The notes beneath the pieces are model-generated. The model worked only from the letters and a program-made list of their open reading frames with translations, did not search any database and had not been told where the DNA came from. From IMG/VR virus record IMGVR_UViG_3300047564_001818: a DNA stretch of 64,000 bases. The stretch is one strand, 5' to 3'. The number at the start of each line of letters is the position of its first letter. The stretch's first letter is position 1. This stretch comes from a virus. Its lineage: Duplodnaviria > Caudoviricetes. Positions 6,604 through 15,973 of the stretch are shown in pieces. Position numbers and translations under genes: made by a program.

Positions 6604-7583
6604 CGTTTCATCCTTATTCTAATCTTAAGCGGAGATTCTTCCGCAGCACTCACAATACTGTGCAGTGCATACAGTCTTCCGTACTTATTTACAACGTCGC
6701 TCACATCCTTGCAATCTTGTGGCCAATCAGGCAAGCTCACGCTCCATCCGCGTTCTATGGCCTGTTCTGCTAGATTTCGGCCGTTTCTGTCTCTGTCAGG
6801 CACTATGACGATCTGTTTGCCCAGTCGATCCAACAGCAGAGCTTGTGAATCGTTGATGTCTGATCCACACAGAGCGCAGCCTTCTATGTGTATAGCGTCA
6901 ATAGGACCTTCCACAACTATACAGAATATTTTGCTGTGATGTTGCTCGTCAAGCCCATAAACAAATCCAGGCTGGCTTTCCATAAGATAGCGAGGGTTTT
7001 TATCACTGGTGACCGTTCTTGCAGTCCAGCCCACAATCCTATCTTCATAGTAGAACGGAACAATCAGCCTGTCTCTATAGGCTAGACTGGGGCTCCAGTA
7101 GTAGTCTGTGTCATCTACATTTAGATGTCGTTGTGCCATATATTCCAGTACGTTCATGTTGTAACGATCAAAGTCAGTAAGATCTACAATCTTTACAGCA
7201 TCATCAGGCAGTGGCACAGTGTTGAACTTGGGCAGTGTGGGTGCACCTCTAAGGCTGTTGATAGCTTCAATGCCTTCGTTCTCTCTCATCACATCCAGTG
7301 TGAGCTTGTTGATTACACTGTCTGGTGCGTTCATCCATTCCAACATTCTACGCATCTTGTAGCTGAGATTGCGACCAGGTTGCCAGCTGGTTTTGAATCC
7401 ACAGTTAAAACAGTGATAGCTTACTCCGCCGTCTGGATTGGCGATCAAGCCACCTCGGCCTCTAGTGTCTGCACTGTGTCCGTTGTGAACACAGCAGGGC
7501 GCATTGAATGAGGTCCAGCCGCCCTGTGTAGCTTTACGCTTGGCGGGAAGATACGCGAGAACTGTTTCGGCAACTATACTCAT
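6591..7583 (-). CDS. DNA primase (T4 gp61-like)
   Basis: Zn-binding CCVH...HCFNC, DRLIVPF, TOPRIM VEGPIDA and VPDRD. Confidence 0.9.
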   Translation of the reverse strand: MSIVAETVLAYLPAKRKATQGGWTSFNAPCCVHNGHSADTRGRGGLIANPDGGVSYHCFNCGFKTSWQPGRNLSYKMRRMLEWMNAPDSVINKLTLDVMRENEGIEAINSLRGAPTLPKFNTVPLPDDAVKIVDLTDFDRYNMNVLEYMAQRHLNVDDTDYYWSPSLAYRDRLIVPFYYEDRIVGWTARTVTSDKNPRYLMESQPGFVYGLDEQHHSKIFCIVVEGPIDAIHIEGCALCGSDINDSQALLLDRLGKQIVIVPDRDRNGRNLAEQAIERGWSVSLPDWPQDCKDVSDVVNKYGRLYALHSIVSAAEESPLKIRIRMKRWFG

Positions 7584-7589
7584 GCTATG

Positions 7590-7618
7590 ATAATAGCGTG
7601 ATTACAAACAGTTGTCAA
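7590..7618 (-). promoter_or_regulatory. sigma70-type promoter for the primase operon
   Basis: TTGACA-17-TATTAT. Confidence 0.7.
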
Positions 7619-8404
7619 TCAGTTTTTGATTAATATTTTAGTCACTGTGTCAGCAGGGTCTGCGTAAGCTTTGATTCGCAGATGGCTGAACACTCCATTA
7701 AAGTTTACTGGAACAGGTTCACTCTCAGTGCCGTCAAACTCTAGTGTTGCTATGTCAGCCCAATAGCTGCTCTCAGTTACTGTGTTGTCTAATGTAGCTT
7801 GAATAACGATATCACCTATGTAACCATCAGTGTACACTGCGGCAGTATGCAGTGCTTCATTTCCGTTCAATGCGGGCTGTGCGTCTACTGTGTCTGAAGT
7901 CCATTCTTGTGTTTCAGGTGCTACACGCAGGAAGGTTGTGATCGAATGAGGTTCTCTTGGACCTGGGAATGTTCTAGCATCAACAAATATACTAGCGTCA
8001 TTGTCGAAGTTTGAATGACTATAGGTCAATACTCGTTCGTTGTTTGCGTCAAGCATATAGATGTTATATTTGAGGTACTGTTGCTTAAGGTTTAGTAGAT
8101 CGTTTTCTGCGATCGTAACAGTAAATAATCCTTTGCTACCGCTAGACCCGTCGTCTAGTATCACACCGTCTTGTTCAATCACAAGATTGTTATTTTCATC
8201 AAACGCAAAAAACTTTGGAGTATAAGCACTGGTGTTTATAGGTCTTTGATCTGCATTCATTAGTCTAAATTCTAAAACGTTATCAATGCCTTTGTAAACT
8301 TTTAATTGTCTGCTGTACACTGGTCTATACTCCGTGATAAATCCCGCCACATCGGCTACTAGTATGGTTCTGTTTGATACTAAATATCTAGGCGTTAATT
8401 GCAT
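7619..8404 (-). CDS. putative virion structural protein (BppU-N-like beta domain)
   Basis: 261-aa beta-rich ORF preceded by ATAAATA. Confidence 0.55.
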   Translation of the reverse strand: MQLTPRYLVSNRTILVADVAGFITEYRPVYSRQLKVYKGIDNVLEFRLMNADQRPINTSAYTPKFFAFDENNNLVIEQDGVILDDGSSGSKGLFTVTIAENDLLNLKQQYLKYNIYMLDANNERVLTYSHSNFDNDASIFVDARTFPGPREPHSITTFLRVAPETQEWTSDTVDAQPALNGNEALHTAAVYTDGYIGDIVIQATLDNTVTESSYWADIATLEFDGTESEPVPVNFNGVFSHLRIKAYADPADTVTKILIKN

Positions 8405-8409
8405 ACTAA

Positions 8410-8416
8410 TATTTAT
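8410..8416 (-). promoter_or_regulatory. T4-type late promoter
   Basis: ATAAATA just upstream of ATG 8404. Confidence 0.6.
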
Positions 8417-8423
8417 CGGAATT

Positions 8424-8795
8424 ATGTTAACAAAAGATATACAAGAAAATTTTCCATTTCTAAGTGTTGTAACCTACGGGGGCAACGAATATGTCGGTAT
8501 CATTATAAATCAAGATCAGTCAGTTACATCGATGTATGTTTATACTGACTTGAGATCAAGAACTGAGCAGGCAAAATTTTTAGAACTTGGAGAAGCATGG
8601 TGGTGGGAATCAAATAGGATGATTCCTATTAATATTTTTTTAAAGAACGAAATGGATTCTTTTAGATATTGTATAATAACGATGAATTCAAAGGACGTAA
8701 AGGTAGCAATAGGACCATGCGTTAATCTTAACAATCTAGCACTCAAACGTGTAAAAAGAAAAAGCGTTCAGTTAGTTAGGCGTCCTCGAGATTAA
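8424..8795 (+). CDS. hypothetical protein
   Basis: Start placed at ATG 8424 (MLTKDIQENFPF) because the upstream part of the ORF overlaps a divergent gene. Confidence 0.7.
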   Translation: MLTKDIQENFPFLSVVTYGGNEYVGIIINQDQSVTSMYVYTDLRSRTEQAKFLELGEAWWWESNRMIPINIFLKNEMDSFRYCIITMNSKDVKVAIGPCVNLNNLALKRVKRKSVQLVRRPRD

Positions 8796-9345
8796 GCTGC
8801 TCGCATAGTAAATTCATATGAACAATCACTGCTACAGCATAACTTACTGCGTGGCTTTTCTTAAAATAGTAATCTCCATTCTCTGGCTTCGTCCATACTT
8901 CTTTTAAGATTGTATTCCAGTCTTGTCCTATTAGATGTCTCTTGGCTGGACGTATCATAGCAAGTACAGCAGCTAGTTGTTCTACCGAAGTTGGACCGGT
9001 CTTCCTCAGTGTGTCGCTGTGGCCGCTTAAATGAAACAGTTGATCCACAAACTCATTGTAGTGTAGCAGTTCCCACAACGGTTGCTTCTCCATCAACTGT
9101 TGTAAATGTTGTTCACTTTTTATATCTTTATAGATACCAACATTAAGGAAGTCTAGTTTAAAATACCCTCTATCCTCTGCGGTCTTGTAATCTATTGTGG
9201 ATAGATTGTCAATAGGGTTACAAGGTATTTCTGTGACGTACACACCTGTGTTGTGTTTTTTACCGTTGGGCAATGCAGCTATTCTATGCTGTAGCTTTGA
9301 TAAAACTAGATCTCTATTTGGAAAGTCTAGGTCGATATCAGGCAC
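8776..9345 (-). CDS. miniature DNA polymerase III alpha (DnaE)-like catalytic core
   Basis: MPDIDLDF, HNTGVY, GYFKLDFLNV, FKKSHAVSYA: ordered DnaE motifs within 189 aa. Confidence 0.85.
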   Translation of the reverse strand: MPDIDLDFPNRDLVLSKLQHRIAALPNGKKHNTGVYVTEIPCNPIDNLSTIDYKTAEDRGYFKLDFLNVGIYKDIKSEQHLQQLMEKQPLWELLHYNEFVDQLFHLSGHSDTLRKTGPTSVEQLAAVLAMIRPAKRHLIGQDWNTILKEVWTKPENGDYYFKKSHAVSYAVAVIVHMNLLCEQLNLEDA

Positions 9346-9835
9346 TGAGCTTCTCCAGCTTTTGTGCTTTCTTAGCGGCCATGTTCCATTTAAGCTTACT
9401 TACACGATCTTTGAAAGTTATACCCTGTAGGTGATCCCATTCGTGCAGATAGCACTTAGCACTGTAGCCATCTATCTTAACTACACACTCTTCTAAATGT
9501 TCATTATAAAACTTAGCAAGTATTTCTTTTGGCCTAGCAATTTTTACATAAACATTAGGAAAGCTAAGACACCCCTCAACGTCTGTAAGTGTGTCCGATG
9601 TGTATTGTAACACTGTAGGATTGATACAGATTGTGCTGTTAGCAGCACTGTCTCCAAATACAAACACCTGTGCGTCTAAGCCTATTTGATTTGCTGCTAG
9701 TCCTATGCCACTGTGACCAAGCATGATGTCTACCATCTGCTTTTTTAATTCAACAGGATCAAAGCTTGGATTTTCTAGATCAACTGCTGTGACCTGTCGA
9801 TCTAAAAATTCGTTTGGATAATACAATAGATTCAT
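9338..9835 (-). CDS. def: peptide deformylase
   Basis: GIGLAANQIG, EGCLS, HEWDHLQG. Confidence 0.95.
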   Translation of the reverse strand: MNLLYYPNEFLDRQVTAVDLENPSFDPVELKKQMVDIMLGHSGIGLAANQIGLDAQVFVFGDSAANSTICINPTVLQYTSDTLTDVEGCLSFPNVYVKIARPKEILAKFYNEHLEECVVKIDGYSAKCYLHEWDHLQGITFKDRVSKLKWNMAAKKAQKLEKLSA

Positions 9836-10524
9836 AATTTACTTTCCTTAACAATTTCTTTTACTAGTTCTACGTCTTTGAGTTGACGTTTGAAACGCAA
9901 TGCCCAGTGCTCTGGGTTAATTACATGATATACTAATCCCAACTGCTCGTCATTAAATTTGCTGAGCATTTCTTTTCCAGTGCAACAGTTAAGTATGAGC
10001 CATGGCGATACCTTTCCGTCCTTGATGTCCCACACTGCTCTGTTGGTGCTTACATAGTTAAAGTAATGATTCCATGCGCTGTTTTTTTCTTCAGCCCATT
10101 CTACCATATGCTTTACACTGCGTTCTAAAGCAGTGGTTACGTCTTCTTTAAGAATCAGTTCAACTGCATATTTTTCATACATTTCATCTCGACACCAATG
10201 ATCCAGTTTAACTCCGCTGGTTACTACATAGTCAATATACTTTTCAGGATAAAGGGGCTTAACGTTATTAACAAAACTGCCAAATTTAACAAAAGCGTTA
10301 TAATAAGGAGACTGCGTAAAATCTTCATAAGTTTTTTCTTTTTTTGTACCTGCCGATAGTGCATAGAATCTTTGAAACGCATAGAGCCCATATCTTACTC
10401 GTTTTTCGTCCTTTTGTAACCAACGTCTTTTCTTTTCGCACATGTGCGCCGCGAGAGTTTTCTCTCGCATGTATCCTGTACCACAGTATTCGCACACATA
10501 AGGTTTGTCAGAGTTTGATATCAA
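9832..10524 (-). CDS. hypothetical protein with N-terminal zinc finger (start uncertain, TTG assumed)
   Basis: YVCEYCGTGYMREKTLAAHMC resembles a C2H2/C2HC finger. Confidence 0.65.
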   Translation of the reverse strand: MISNSDKPYVCEYCGTGYMREKTLAAHMCEKKRRWLQKDEKRVRYGLYAFQRFYALSAGTKKEKTYEDFTQSPYYNAFVKFGSFVNNVKPLYPEKYIDYVVTSGVKLDHWCRDEMYEKYAVELILKEDVTTALERSVKHMVEWAEEKNSAWNHYFNYVSTNRAVWDIKDGKVSPWLILNCCTGKEMLSKFNDEQLGLVYHVINPEHWALRFKRQLKDVELVKEIVKESKL

Positions 10525-10999
10525 TGTTATGTTCTTCAGCCAGTTCTCGGAGTTCTTTTTTTGTAGATATTCTAGCAAGTAATTCTACCTCATCATGTTT
10601 CATGTTTGGATAAATCTGTTCTAGTAATTTAGTAGCACTATTGGTACTGCTGTCTTTTTTCTTAAATCCTATCCATGCATGGTTTTCTTTTTGTCCAGTG
10701 TTTCCACATTGACATAGCAGTAACCATTGCAGTTTAGGATGTTTGCTACCAAGTACTGCCCAGTTTTTATTATAATACTCATTGGTCTTAAACACAGCCA
10801 GTTCTTGTTGATCTCTTGAATATTTTTTATACGGAGGAAATTTGCTTTCGGCTAACACACTCATATAACGATTTAGGTTCCATAAGTCACCTTTGATTTC
10901 TTTCTGACCATCTTCTCCAGCGGCATCCCACAGTTCTTTAATACCAGCATCAAGTGCTGGCATCATTTCTTTGAATAGGTCTATGTGTTTGTTCGCCAT
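10508..10999 (-). CDS. putative clamp-loader small subunit (T4 gp62-like)
   Basis: LNRYMS...NEYYN...HPKLQW...WIGFKKK...LEQIYP pattern resembles gp62; replication context. Confidence 0.5.
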   Translation of the reverse strand: MANKHIDLFKEMMPALDAGIKELWDAAGEDGQKEIKGDLWNLNRYMSVLAESKFPPYKKYSRDQQELAVFKTNEYYNKNWAVLGSKHPKLQWLLLCQCGNTGQKENHAWIGFKKKDSSTNSATKLLEQIYPNMKHDEVELLARISTKKELRELAEEHNIDIKL

Positions 11000-11658
11000 G
11001 CTTCTGCATCCTCCGGAGTATTGATTTCTATACCTTTAAATTCTACAGGAAGAACTCCGATTTGCCAACCATTTTTTAACCAACGCAACTGTTCTAGTTT
11101 TTCGATGCGTTCTTCTCTAGTTTCAATAAGGTGCATGTAAGCTTCTAGTGCTGCTTTGGTATAACCGTATACACCTAGGTGCCAATCGCCGTATCCAGTC
11201 ATGCCGCGACCGAACCAAAGACATTGATCCTTTGCTCTAACCAATTTAACTGTGTTAGGATCGTTTAGACGTTCGTCAGGCATTTGAGCGCACAGTGTAG
11301 TCACAGGATAGTGTTGAAGCATAATCACAGCTTTCTGTATCATTTCAACTGTAACATCGGGCATGTCGCCTTGAACATTTATAAACTGTTCATAGTCATC
11401 AAATTGTCTGCTTAGAACAGCGCCGGCGCATCGTTCAGTACCGTTTTCGTAATCTTCCTTGTCAATATACACTCGTTTACTGGGAATTAAATCAGCTACA
11501 CGCTGATCATCTGTGAGAACATAGGTATCAAACCCTGCGTTCCAACAGGCGTTGAACACTCTCTGTATCATAGGTGTACCACCTAGATCCACAAGAGGTT
11601 TACCAGGAAAACGAGTTGAGCCGTACCTAGCCGGTATAAGAATAGCGGTGGATTTCAT
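10981..11658 (-). CDS. kdsB: CMP-Kdo synthetase
   Basis: IPARYGSTRFPGKPL, NGTERC, INVQGDMP, EKLEQLRWL. Confidence 0.93.
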   Translation of the reverse strand: MKSTAILIPARYGSTRFPGKPLVDLGGTPMIQRVFNACWNAGFDTYVLTDDQRVADLIPSKRVYIDKEDYENGTERCAGAVLSRQFDDYEQFINVQGDMPDVTVEMIQKAVIMLQHYPVTTLCAQMPDERLNDPNTVKLVRAKDQCLWFGRGMTGYGDWHLGVYGYTKAALEAYMHLIETREERIEKLEQLRWLKNGWQIGVLPVEFKGIEINTPEDAEAWRTNT

Positions 11659-12388
11659 CGATTAACCTTTCAAAGTCAGATAGTTTTATCATGTTAGGAC
11701 CATCCGACGGTGCGTTGTCTGGATCAGGATGTACTTCTAAAAAGAAGTTTGTAATCCCAAGAGCACTTGCTGCCCGGCAAAGGCTAGGAACATAAGAACG
11801 ATTGCCATCGCTGCTAGTTCCTCTGCCGCCTGGCTTTTGTACACTGTGCGTGGCGTCGAAAACAATAGGTACGGTAAAGTTATCAAGCATATAGTTAATG
11901 CCGGTAAAATCAACAACCAAGGTATTATATCCAAAGCTAGTTCCCCTTTCAGTTATCCAAACTTCTTTTGCATCTGTACACTTACTTAGTATTCCTGCCA
12001 CATCCCATGGTGCCAAAAACTGACCTTTTTTGATATTAACAATACAATCTGTAGCACATGCTGCCTGTATTAAGTCTGTTTGCCGGCACAAAAAGGCAGG
12101 TATCTGTAGCACATCAACAATGTCTTTTAACCACGCAATTTGGTCTTTTTCGTGTACGTCTGTTAATACCTTTACATTTAATATGTCTTTTAGTGCTAAG
12201 ATATCATGTATAAAAGGATGTAGTCCTACACCACGTTTACCGTTAGCACTAGTACGATTGGCTTTGTCAAAACTTGCTTTGAAAATGTATTCAATATTAT
12301 ACTTGTCACACACCCGCTTACATTCACGTGCAATCTCTACACTCTGTGCTAGTGTTTCATGCTGGCACGGTCCTGCTATAATTCTCAT
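11627..12388 (-). CDS. kdsA: Kdo-8-phosphate synthase
   Basis: IAGPC, FDKANRTS, QIPAFLCRQTDL, NIKKGQF, DATHSVQKP, SDGPN. Confidence 0.95.
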   Translation of the reverse strand: MRIIAGPCQHETLAQSVEIARECKRVCDKYNIEYIFKASFDKANRTSANGKRGVGLHPFIHDILALKDILNVKVLTDVHEKDQIAWLKDIVDVLQIPAFLCRQTDLIQAACATDCIVNIKKGQFLAPWDVAGILSKCTDAKEVWITERGTSFGYNTLVVDFTGINYMLDNFTVPIVFDATHSVQKPGGRGTSSDGNRSYVPSLCRAASALGITNFFLEVHPDPDNAPSDGPNMIKLSDFERLIDEIHRYSYTG

Positions 12389-12741
12389 ACTCGAGTACCT
12401 ATAGTTCTTCTTACAATGTCATCGTGGGCGAATTCAGCCCAATACAGTTCAAATGCCACACCATCCTCGAGACCTTCGAACTGATGAATCTTACCTGGCT
12501 TGACTTGTGTAAAGTCGCCAGCTTCGAGAACAGTTTCATCTACTAGTCCTTGCTGCTCAGCATCTTGCCAAACACGTACCAACATCTTACCAGATTCAAC
12601 AAAGAAACCATTCCACTTAAATTTGTGTTCATGTTCTGAACATTTGTATCCTGCTTTGAATTCAATACGATGAAATTCTAATACACCGTTGGCATGTATT
12701 AGTTCAGTGTTACCCCATACTTTACCAGCTTTAATTCCCAT
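12385..12741 (-). CDS. cupin, type II phosphomannose-isomerase-like
   Basis: KVWG, SEHEHKFK, PGKIHQF metal-binding cupin motifs; coupled to kdsA. Confidence 0.75.
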   Translation of the reverse strand: MGIKAGKVWGNTELIHANGVLEFHRIEFKAGYKCSEHEHKFKWNGFFVESGKMLVRVWQDAEQQGLVDETVLEAGDFTQVKPGKIHQFEGLEDGVAFELYWAEFAHDDIVRRTIGTRV

Positions 12742-12751
12742 AGTGTTTTCC

Positions 12752-13258
12752 TTACAATAACAATGAATAATCTATTAATTCACACTGTCTGCTGATATCT
12801 TTTACAAAATAAGCACACAGTGGATTCTTTCCTTCTGTAAGTGGAACACTTAATAGTTGCCCGTTCTTCATTTTAGGAAAGTACCATTTTACATCTGTAT
12901 AAAAGTTAGTGACTTTTATATTTCCAAACTCAGTTTTAAAACTACTGAGGGGATTAAAAAGAAAAGCTTCAAACCCTCTATCGTTCAAACTAGTTAACGG
13001 CAATATCTCTAGATCGTTTCCTGATTCACTACAGCCTACTGCTAAACTCCAATCTACAGGCATTGTGATTTCTTTGCCTGCTATTTCTAATACCATTGCC
13101 GGTGCATTGAACGATTCTAAAAATATTAACGGTACAAAAAAGAAATCAGGATTTTTTGGGTCCGAATTATCTAGTACTGAAAATCTTATATCTTCATCAA
13201 TTTGGTCAGGCAAGTCGTCTAGATTAAAACACTTGTTTTCTAATGTTAGTATTCTCAT
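12752..13258 (-). CDS. hypothetical protein
   Basis: 168-aa ORF, operon position downstream of uvsW. Confidence 0.7.
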   Translation of the reverse strand: MRILTLENKCFNLDDLPDQIDEDIRFSVLDNSDPKNPDFFFVPLIFLESFNAPAMVLEIAGKEITMPVDWSLAVGCSESGNDLEILPLTSLNDRGFEAFLFNPLSSFKTEFGNIKVTNFYTDVKWYFPKMKNGQLLSVPLTEGKNPLCAYFVKDISRQCELIDYSLLL

Positions 13259-13264
13259 TTAAAT

Positions 13265-14728
13265 TTAATTCCAATCTACCTTTTCTATGGTAAATGGGTA
13301 TTGAGCTTCCTTGTAAAACTTCTTTCGTTCGGTAAGGTGCCGCTTCGCATACTTGCACGTTGATGTCAAGTCCCATATTTGTACGAAGTCTTTGTCTTTT
13401 GCCTTTCTAACGCCTCTACCGATTGATTGAATTACTCTAACAAAACTTTTACCCGGTTCAAGCAATACAAGATTAAAAATACGCGGAATGTTAAGTCCAA
13501 CCGCAGCAACACCATACGTAGCAATAATTACTTCGTTTGTGCCTTCTCGAATTGTATCGTATGTTTCTTTTCTGTCTTTTACTTTAACAGCACCGCTAAC
13601 AAATGTGCTGCCGGGTATGAGTTTTTGTAACTCTTCGCCTGCCGAAATTCTGTCTACAAGTATTAGAGTGTTGCCTGATTCTTTAACCGTGTTTAATAAT
13701 TTGCCTATATATTCTATACGTTCTTTGTTTGTAACCAAATATTTTAATTCGTCTTGATAACCTCTGTGCGCTACTGTATCAATCAACTGTACAATATTAA
13801 CATGACAGTCTGCTAGCACACCTTTATCCTGTAGTTCTTTTGCTGTAATCTGTCCAATAACCGGTCCAAGGCTTGCGTGAATACTTTCAAACTCAAACTT
13901 CTCTTTGGGCACTGTACCAGTTAGTCCCCAGCGAATAGGAGCGTTACGCAAGTTACGGGTAAGTAGATTTTTTAGTACTTCTGCTTTGGCTTGGTGTACT
14001 TCGTCAACAATAACTGTGCTTACACCTTCCAAGAACTCTGCTAGGCTTAGCACTGCATCACCGTCTTTGTGACGCTTATCAAGAATGTTTAAACTTTGCC
14101 AAGTACAAATTGTGTGAGTTTTGCCCAACTGCTTTCTGTCACCAAAATACACACCCACATCAAGGCCGCAGTTGATATAATCTTCTTCAGTTTGTTCAAC
14201 CAAGCTTTTGTTAGGTACAATAACAAGACTGCGGCCATATGGTTCGCTAATGTGACTTAGAGTTGCTGTGGTAATAGTTTTACCTGCGCCAGTAGCAATC
14301 TGCTGTAGACTTTGAGGATTAGCAATAAAGTTGTTGATTGCTTCAACTTGATAATCACGCAACATAATTAACTCGCCTTCAGCAGGGTGACCCTTAGGCC
14401 AGCGTACATCTTGATCGGCCCAATAGGTTTCAGTGACAGGTGTAAAGTTTATCTGTATAGGATGTCTGTTATCCTCAATGTCTGCAATCTGAACATTGTT
14501 CTTTTGTAGAATGTCAATGATAACATCAAGGTGATTGACGTAACCGGTGCCGCCAATACCAAAGAACGCAACCTTGCCGTCCCATCGCCCTAGCTTAAAC
14601 TGAGGCATGTGTTTTGCATATGGCACTTCAAACTTTAGTGCATTTGCAAGTTTACGACGAACGTCAACATCAAGTCCTTCAAACTTAATGTTTACTTCGT
14701 CTTCAATAATTAACTTACACGTGGCCAT
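13265..14728 (-). CDS. uvsW: SF2 DNA helicase (UvsW-like)
   Basis: LRDYQ, ATGAGKT, DEVH, GLTGT, QSIGRGVR; start placed at MATCKL. Confidence 0.9.
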   Translation of the reverse strand: MATCKLIIEDEVNIKFEGLDVDVRRKLANALKFEVPYAKHMPQFKLGRWDGKVAFFGIGGTGYVNHLDVIIDILQKNNVQIADIEDNRHPIQINFTPVTETYWADQDVRWPKGHPAEGELIMLRDYQVEAINNFIANPQSLQQIATGAGKTITTATLSHISEPYGRSLVIVPNKSLVEQTEEDYINCGLDVGVYFGDRKQLGKTHTICTWQSLNILDKRHKDGDAVLSLAEFLEGVSTVIVDEVHQAKAEVLKNLLTRNLRNAPIRWGLTGTVPKEKFEFESIHASLGPVIGQITAKELQDKGVLADCHVNIVQLIDTVAHRGYQDELKYLVTNKERIEYIGKLLNTVKESGNTLILVDRISAGEELQKLIPGSTFVSGAVKVKDRKETYDTIREGTNEVIIATYGVAAVGLNIPRIFNLVLLEPGKSFVRVIQSIGRGVRKAKDKDFVQIWDLTSTCKYAKRHLTERKKFYKEAQYPFTIEKVDWN

Positions 14729-15938
14729 AATATTGTGAATATCTCCGCATAGGGCTGAGCATGTCTTCTCTATACACAACTAGATCGCATCTGTTGTAAA
14801 CGTATGCGTCTACTGTACGATCTAGTTTGCTGGTATAACTAAAAGTTGCACAAGGTTGCCATTCGCTGTTGATCAACAGTTTAGGTAACTTGTCACTGCT
14901 AATATATACTATTTTTGTGTTGTTGTCAACCCAGTTGTTGAGTTTGCGATCTTTGACTAGTGTATTAAAACTGCTGTCGCCTTCTTGACGGAATAAAACA
15001 CTTTGCGATTCTGTAGGCAATATGTCTCTATAAAAGTTAGTTAAATCGTGTAGTTGATGTTCTGCATATTGACGATCAAGAATCACTAGCATCGGAAATC
15101 TCTGTAGATTCCACAATGCAAGTAGTATGTCAGATAGAGATTGTTCACTGGGTTTGCTTTGATAGCTAACATCATCTCTATATGCAATTGACTCTGTTAC
15201 TGATCTAGGATCAACAACTTCAACTTTTTCAATACCGTATCTGTGTCTTCGATCAATGTACAACAGCGCAGTTGATTGATCAAATGCTCCGATTTCTTTC
15301 TCTGCAACAGTTTGTGCATTAGGATGTAAATTTTTTAATTCGCCTTGATAAATGCCAGGAACATAATCCTGTTCACAGCAGCGAATGTCTACAATCTTTT
15401 GATAAATGTCTACAAGTTCACTATCAATTTTATAGTTTTTATCAACGAATCTGCTCAGCAGATTATACACATTGATTTCGTTTAGTACAAAATAATGTTC
15501 ATGTGTGCCTTTACTGTGATAATAATCTTTAGTATTGTTAATCTGATCAATCAGTGCTATATCTGATTTTTTAAATGGAAATCTAATTTTGATATACTTA
15601 CAACGTTCGTCAGCAGGATATGGAATATTTTCAGGATGATCTACTACAGTAATATATTTGCTGCGATCGATTTCACGCAGAGGATTGCGCAGTTTTTCTA
15701 ACGCACGATCAAATCCTATAACATCTTGATTTTCAAACTGCGATTTGTACTTGAGCAGTTTTTCTTTCATAAGAGTGTATTGACGATCTGTCATAGCAGT
15801 ATTACGAAAAACTTGACGAGCAACACTTTCTATGATTGAACGATCGCTTACGTCAACGTTAAATGCGAGATTATGCTTTTGAAGTCCTGACAGGATTTCA
15901 AGACAATCTTCTATTGTGTGTATACCTATTTTCTGCAT
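14715..15938 (-). CDS. hypothetical protein
   Basis: Long ORF with own promoter, overlapping the uvsW start. Confidence 0.75.
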   Translation of the reverse strand: MQKIGIHTIEDCLEILSGLQKHNLAFNVDVSDRSIIESVARQVFRNTAMTDRQYTLMKEKLLKYKSQFENQDVIGFDRALEKLRNPLREIDRSKYITVVDHPENIPYPADERCKYIKIRFPFKKSDIALIDQINNTKDYYHSKGTHEHYFVLNEINVYNLLSRFVDKNYKIDSELVDIYQKIVDIRCCEQDYVPGIYQGELKNLHPNAQTVAEKEIGAFDQSTALLYIDRRHRYGIEKVEVVDPRSVTESIAYRDDVSYQSKPSEQSLSDILLALWNLQRFPMLVILDRQYAEHQLHDLTNFYRDILPTESQSVLFRQEGDSSFNTLVKDRKLNNWVDNNTKIVYISSDKLPKLLINSEWQPCATFSYTSKLDRTVDAYVYNRCDLVVYREDMLSPMRRYSQYYGHV

Positions 15939-15944
15939 ACACAC

Positions 15945-15973
15945 AATATAACTTAAAAAAGCTTGTGTGTCAA
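15945..15973 (-). promoter_or_regulatory. sigma70-type promoter
   Basis: TTGACA-17-TATATT. Confidence 0.7.

Noticed and set aside
8334-8423. N-terminal extensions on ORF-track calls (also 42351, 42454, 14779, 17741, 22909, 35126, 48375)
   Set aside because: They overlap neighbouring genes or promoters; downstream ATGs fit RBS, coupling or late-promoter spacing better
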